Shown here piece after piece: positions 62,301 through 64,000 of a stretch of DNA of 64,000 nucleotides (positions within the stretch are counted from its first letter, which is position 1; each line of letters starts with the position of its first letter). Both the position numbers and the translations under genes were made by a program. The notes below the pieces were generated by a model. The model did not search any database. It was given only the letters and a program-made list of their open reading frames with translations, and was not told the origin of the DNA. This stretch comes from Antedon mediterranea (taxonomy: Eukaryota > Animalia > Echinodermata), in assembly GCF_964355755.1 (NCBI RefSeq), contig NC_092679.1:6416201-6480200 (forward strand). Direction: 5' to 3'.

Positions 62301-64000
62301 GAATGTTGATCGTTGTGTCTGGAACACCTTGGCTTTTAATGCCACGGATTACCGTACGCCTTGCGTAGATAACTCCACCGTAACTCCGTGAGTCTGAACA
62401 TACACTAAGTTGGCCATTGGTCATAGCCATTTCAGTGTTTTGTTTATTTTAAAACATACCGCGCGTGTGTGAAGGTACAGTAGTTAAATAATAGAAATTA
62501 TACTGCAAATTAATAAAGATCAAATTAAATATACGCCATAAAGAATCAGAATATATTGTGGGGAATAGTATTATAAAATTACAAAGGGAGATTTGATGAT
62601 AAGACATTTTTCGAGTGAAATCCCGATAGCTGAGTTTTATTGAGTAAGCTTGCAGGAATAACTGTAGGCTATCTTCCTGTGGATCGAGATGTCTGCCCAT
62701 GTTGTAAGGCGTAATGTCTTCTTTCTTGGGCCCACTCTGTCACGGCAGTTAGTTTCAAAAGATGATTAAATTAAATAATGTATTAATAATTATTAGGATG
62801 GTATTCATTTGAATAAACGCCTCTCCAATAAAACATCACTTTGAATAACCCCCCCCCCCCCAACCCAACTATCTAATAAACTTCCATCCACATATTTATA
62901 ATAACACAATTATACTATTTGTAGTAGAATTCACCGCATTGTTATCTACAATTTACCAAGCATTTGTTATTCTTTTTTACCACTTTTCATATCTATTAGA
63001 GGATTTCATTTGATTATAAATGTTACCATATTATTAAAACTAAAAATGTTAACATATATCCCTCGAATAAGCACCTCCCTCAAATGACCTCCGCCTCCCC
63101 AAAGGGCCCTACCCCGCCTCCCCAAAGGGCCCTACCAAACAATAAAAACTATACTTTAAAATGTTATTAATCATCTAAAACACTGTGAAACAAAGTAGTT
63201 TAGTTTTACGAATGTCAAGCATTTTCAATAATGGTAACCGACAGAAAACGTATAAGGAGAACATTATCATTCCGAGAACCATTGTCTACACTTCCTCTAG
63301 TATTAATAATTTTTTCAATATTCATGAAGAATCATTGTATTTTTAGAAAGTTTAAAAAGCATTTACAAAACAAATACAGTACAACTAAAAATGTCATCTA
63401 CAAGAAGCAAAGCAGTGGAGTAACGGCTAGGAGCGCTCGCTGGCTAACCCAGGCCCGTAGAGAAAAAAGGGCATTCAATGTTGGAGGGCCACTTAGGGTC
63501 ATAAACCAGGGGCCTCAGACCTCTGCATTACACCACTGCTTACAAACAATATCCAAATATAAATCACCATTTCATTCATTCCTCTTCGAAGGATTTCATT
63601 TCAATTTATAATGTAGGCCTTTTGCCCTTGTATTGTGACCAAATGATCTAGTAATATTTAGATTGTGTTTTAAAAAATAGTCCTTTATTGTAACTCTATT
63701 AACATCCACTACAGCTCAAAGATCTCAGTATGCTTAATACTGTACTATATTGCATGGTTGCAGTGTGTCTATTGCTAGTTTATTCTAATTACACAGTTAT
63801 GCGCATGAGCAGCATGTTTGAGTTATTTTCTACTTCCTTCTAATTTTCGAAAAATATAATTGACAGGGCGATTTGTTAATACTGGCAATGAGAAGGAAGA
63901 GGCTTCCCTGTGCTGGGGTCGAGGACGAGGTCGTGGTCGAGGTGTTAAGAATGAAATGAAATACTCCAAAATAGGGATTGCAAACAAACAGAAAATGGAG
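41382..64000 (+). CDS. CCDC9: Coiled-coil domain-containing protein 9 (CCDC9/CCDC9B family) with an inserted PDZ domain; 3' end beyond the window
   Basis: Exons 41382-41411, 44529-44666, 47642-47752, 48250-48486, 49482-49619, 50657-50764, 51991-52071, 52847-52918, 54063-54170, 57224-57307, 57532-57756, 59074-59234, 59579-59610, 63867-64000+. CCDC9 motifs SKEEQE...[35 protein letters not shown]...YGGTDFE, SMTGKER...WKKERDEID...RH...[17 protein letters not shown]. The small middle exons are less certain. Confidence 0.88.
42355..43273. mobile_element. Crypton-like non-autonomous element with sub-terminal inverted repeat and long terminal hairpin
   Basis: TTATATAACACCTAAATAAATTC (42355) is inverted at 43078-43100, followed by a ~168-bp near-perfect palindrome (43102-43269). 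Superfamily assignment rests on architecture only. Confidence 0.6.
44228..44474 (+). mobile_element. tRNA-derived SINE
   Basis: A box TGGCTTAGTGG (44234-44244), B box GGTTCAAGTCC (44278-44288), A-rich tail. A related head lies on the minus strand at 49273-49389 (shares CAACTCCACTCC). Confidence 0.75.
44909..47461 (+). mobile_element. Internally deleted Ty3/Gypsy LTR retrotransposon in a CCDC9 intron
   Basis: LTRs 44909-46002 and 46368-47461 (both 1094 bp, TG...CA, no differences seen by eye). TSD CATG at 44905-44908 and 47462-47465. PBS TGGTGTCAGAAGTGGGAT (46006-46023) is complementary to the tRNA-Leu 3' end. PPT AAACAGGGGAG. Confidence 0.96.
46061..46384 (+). CDS. 107-aa residual ORF of the LTR element: Gag N-terminus apparently joined in frame to the Pol C-terminal tail
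   Basis: ATG just after the PBS. Coiled-coil [16 protein letters not shown], then [14 protein letters not shown]...VESFVED (Gypsy gag-like). Ends [16 protein letters not shown] across the PPT into the 3' LTR. Confidence 0.55.
   Translation: MASKASLRDVQRTVDELRAELEATRRAAHGNGNTVYVLPEKKMRHFVGAEGECVESFVEDDGTGDVYPDWPDDAGIDSENAEKILLVVNNIKFEDKLSLNRGVWGLI
48370..49619 (+). other. PDZ domain coding region (MPDZ/PATJ PDZ2-like) within the CCDC9-like gene
   Basis: [39 protein letters not shown]|[46 protein letters not shown], with a canonical GLGF loop. Confidence 0.92.
48534..48634. repeat. ~100-bp imperfect palindrome just inside the PDZ-splitting intron (probable Crypton-like element end)
   Basis: GTGCGTTAGTGGAGATGCGG...CCGTATCTCCACTAACGCAC, preceded by TTATACAAATAATG, which matches the reverse complement of the end of 42355-43273. 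Confidence 0.7.
52204..52540. mobile_element. Kolobok-like MITE (TIR AGATGTATTGTCCCC, TTAA target)
   Basis: TTAA|AGATGTATTGTCCCC...GGGGACAATACATCT|TTGA. Inverted copy at ~57909-58243, fragments at ~7390-7490, ~18610-18800, ~31815 and ~50380-50523. Confidence 0.75.
55310..55572 (-). mobile_element. tRNA-derived CORE-like SINE with L2-like tail
   Basis: Minus strand: TTGGACTACTGATCGTGAGA head, TTGCCTCTCTCCACCCAGGTGTACAAATGGGCACC core, ...GCTTAGAGGCTTTGCGCATTAAACG tail. Confidence 0.65.
60346..60794. mobile_element. Harbinger-like MITE
   Basis: Imperfect TIR GCCCTGTTGACAAATTTTGGTTTGCACT / AGTGCAGGACCAAAATTTGTCAACAAGGC in a TTA context. Confidence 0.65.
60799..61066. mobile_element. Harbinger-like MITE abutting the previous one
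   Basis: TIR AGGCCAATTTACACAGACGA / TCGTCTGTGTAAATTGGCTT. TAA at 60796-60798 and 61067-61069. Confidence 0.8.
61738..62405. mobile_element. Harbinger-like non-autonomous element
   Basis: ~37-bp TIR GGGTATGTTCAGACTCACGGAGTTACGGTGGAGTTAT, TAA TSD at 61735-61737 and 62406-62408. Confidence 0.85.

Noticed and set aside
63231-63611. 126-aa ORF in the last visible CCDC9 intron
   Set aside because: No homology or suitable splice signals. The CCDC9 frame continues cleanly from 59610 to the exon at 63867.

Overview
AT-rich, intron-rich animal genomic DNA. An invertebrate deuterostome such as an echinoderm is my guess from the repeat content, not something the sequence proves. All host genes are on the + strand. 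(1) A tandem cluster of three sialin/SLC17-like MFS transporter paralogs: copy A (last four exons only, 1032-2990), copy B (heavily disrupted pseudogene, 13624-21968) and copy C (intact 9-exon CDS, 24300-31427, 468 aa). (2) A complete 5-exon steroid 5-alpha-reductase gene (33983-36349, 264 aa). (3) A CCDC9-family gene (41382 to window end) that unexpectedly carries an MPDZ/PATJ-like PDZ domain on two phase-0 exons. Between and inside these genes is a dense, often nested set of mobile DNA: a near-intact CR1/L2-group LINE, a 5'-truncated Tx1/L1 with a 15-bp TSD, an internally deleted Gypsy element with two matching 1094-bp LTRs, Helitron and Helentron-type elements, Mutator-, Academ-, Harbinger-, Kolobok- and Crypton-like non-autonomous elements, and tRNA-derived SINEs. 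There is also a Penelope-type terminal fragment with a minimal hammerhead ribozyme, and at least six tiny palindromes with 7-8-bp TSDs that look like P-element excision footprints. Exon models were read by eye from GT-AG signals and reading frame. No database search was possible.
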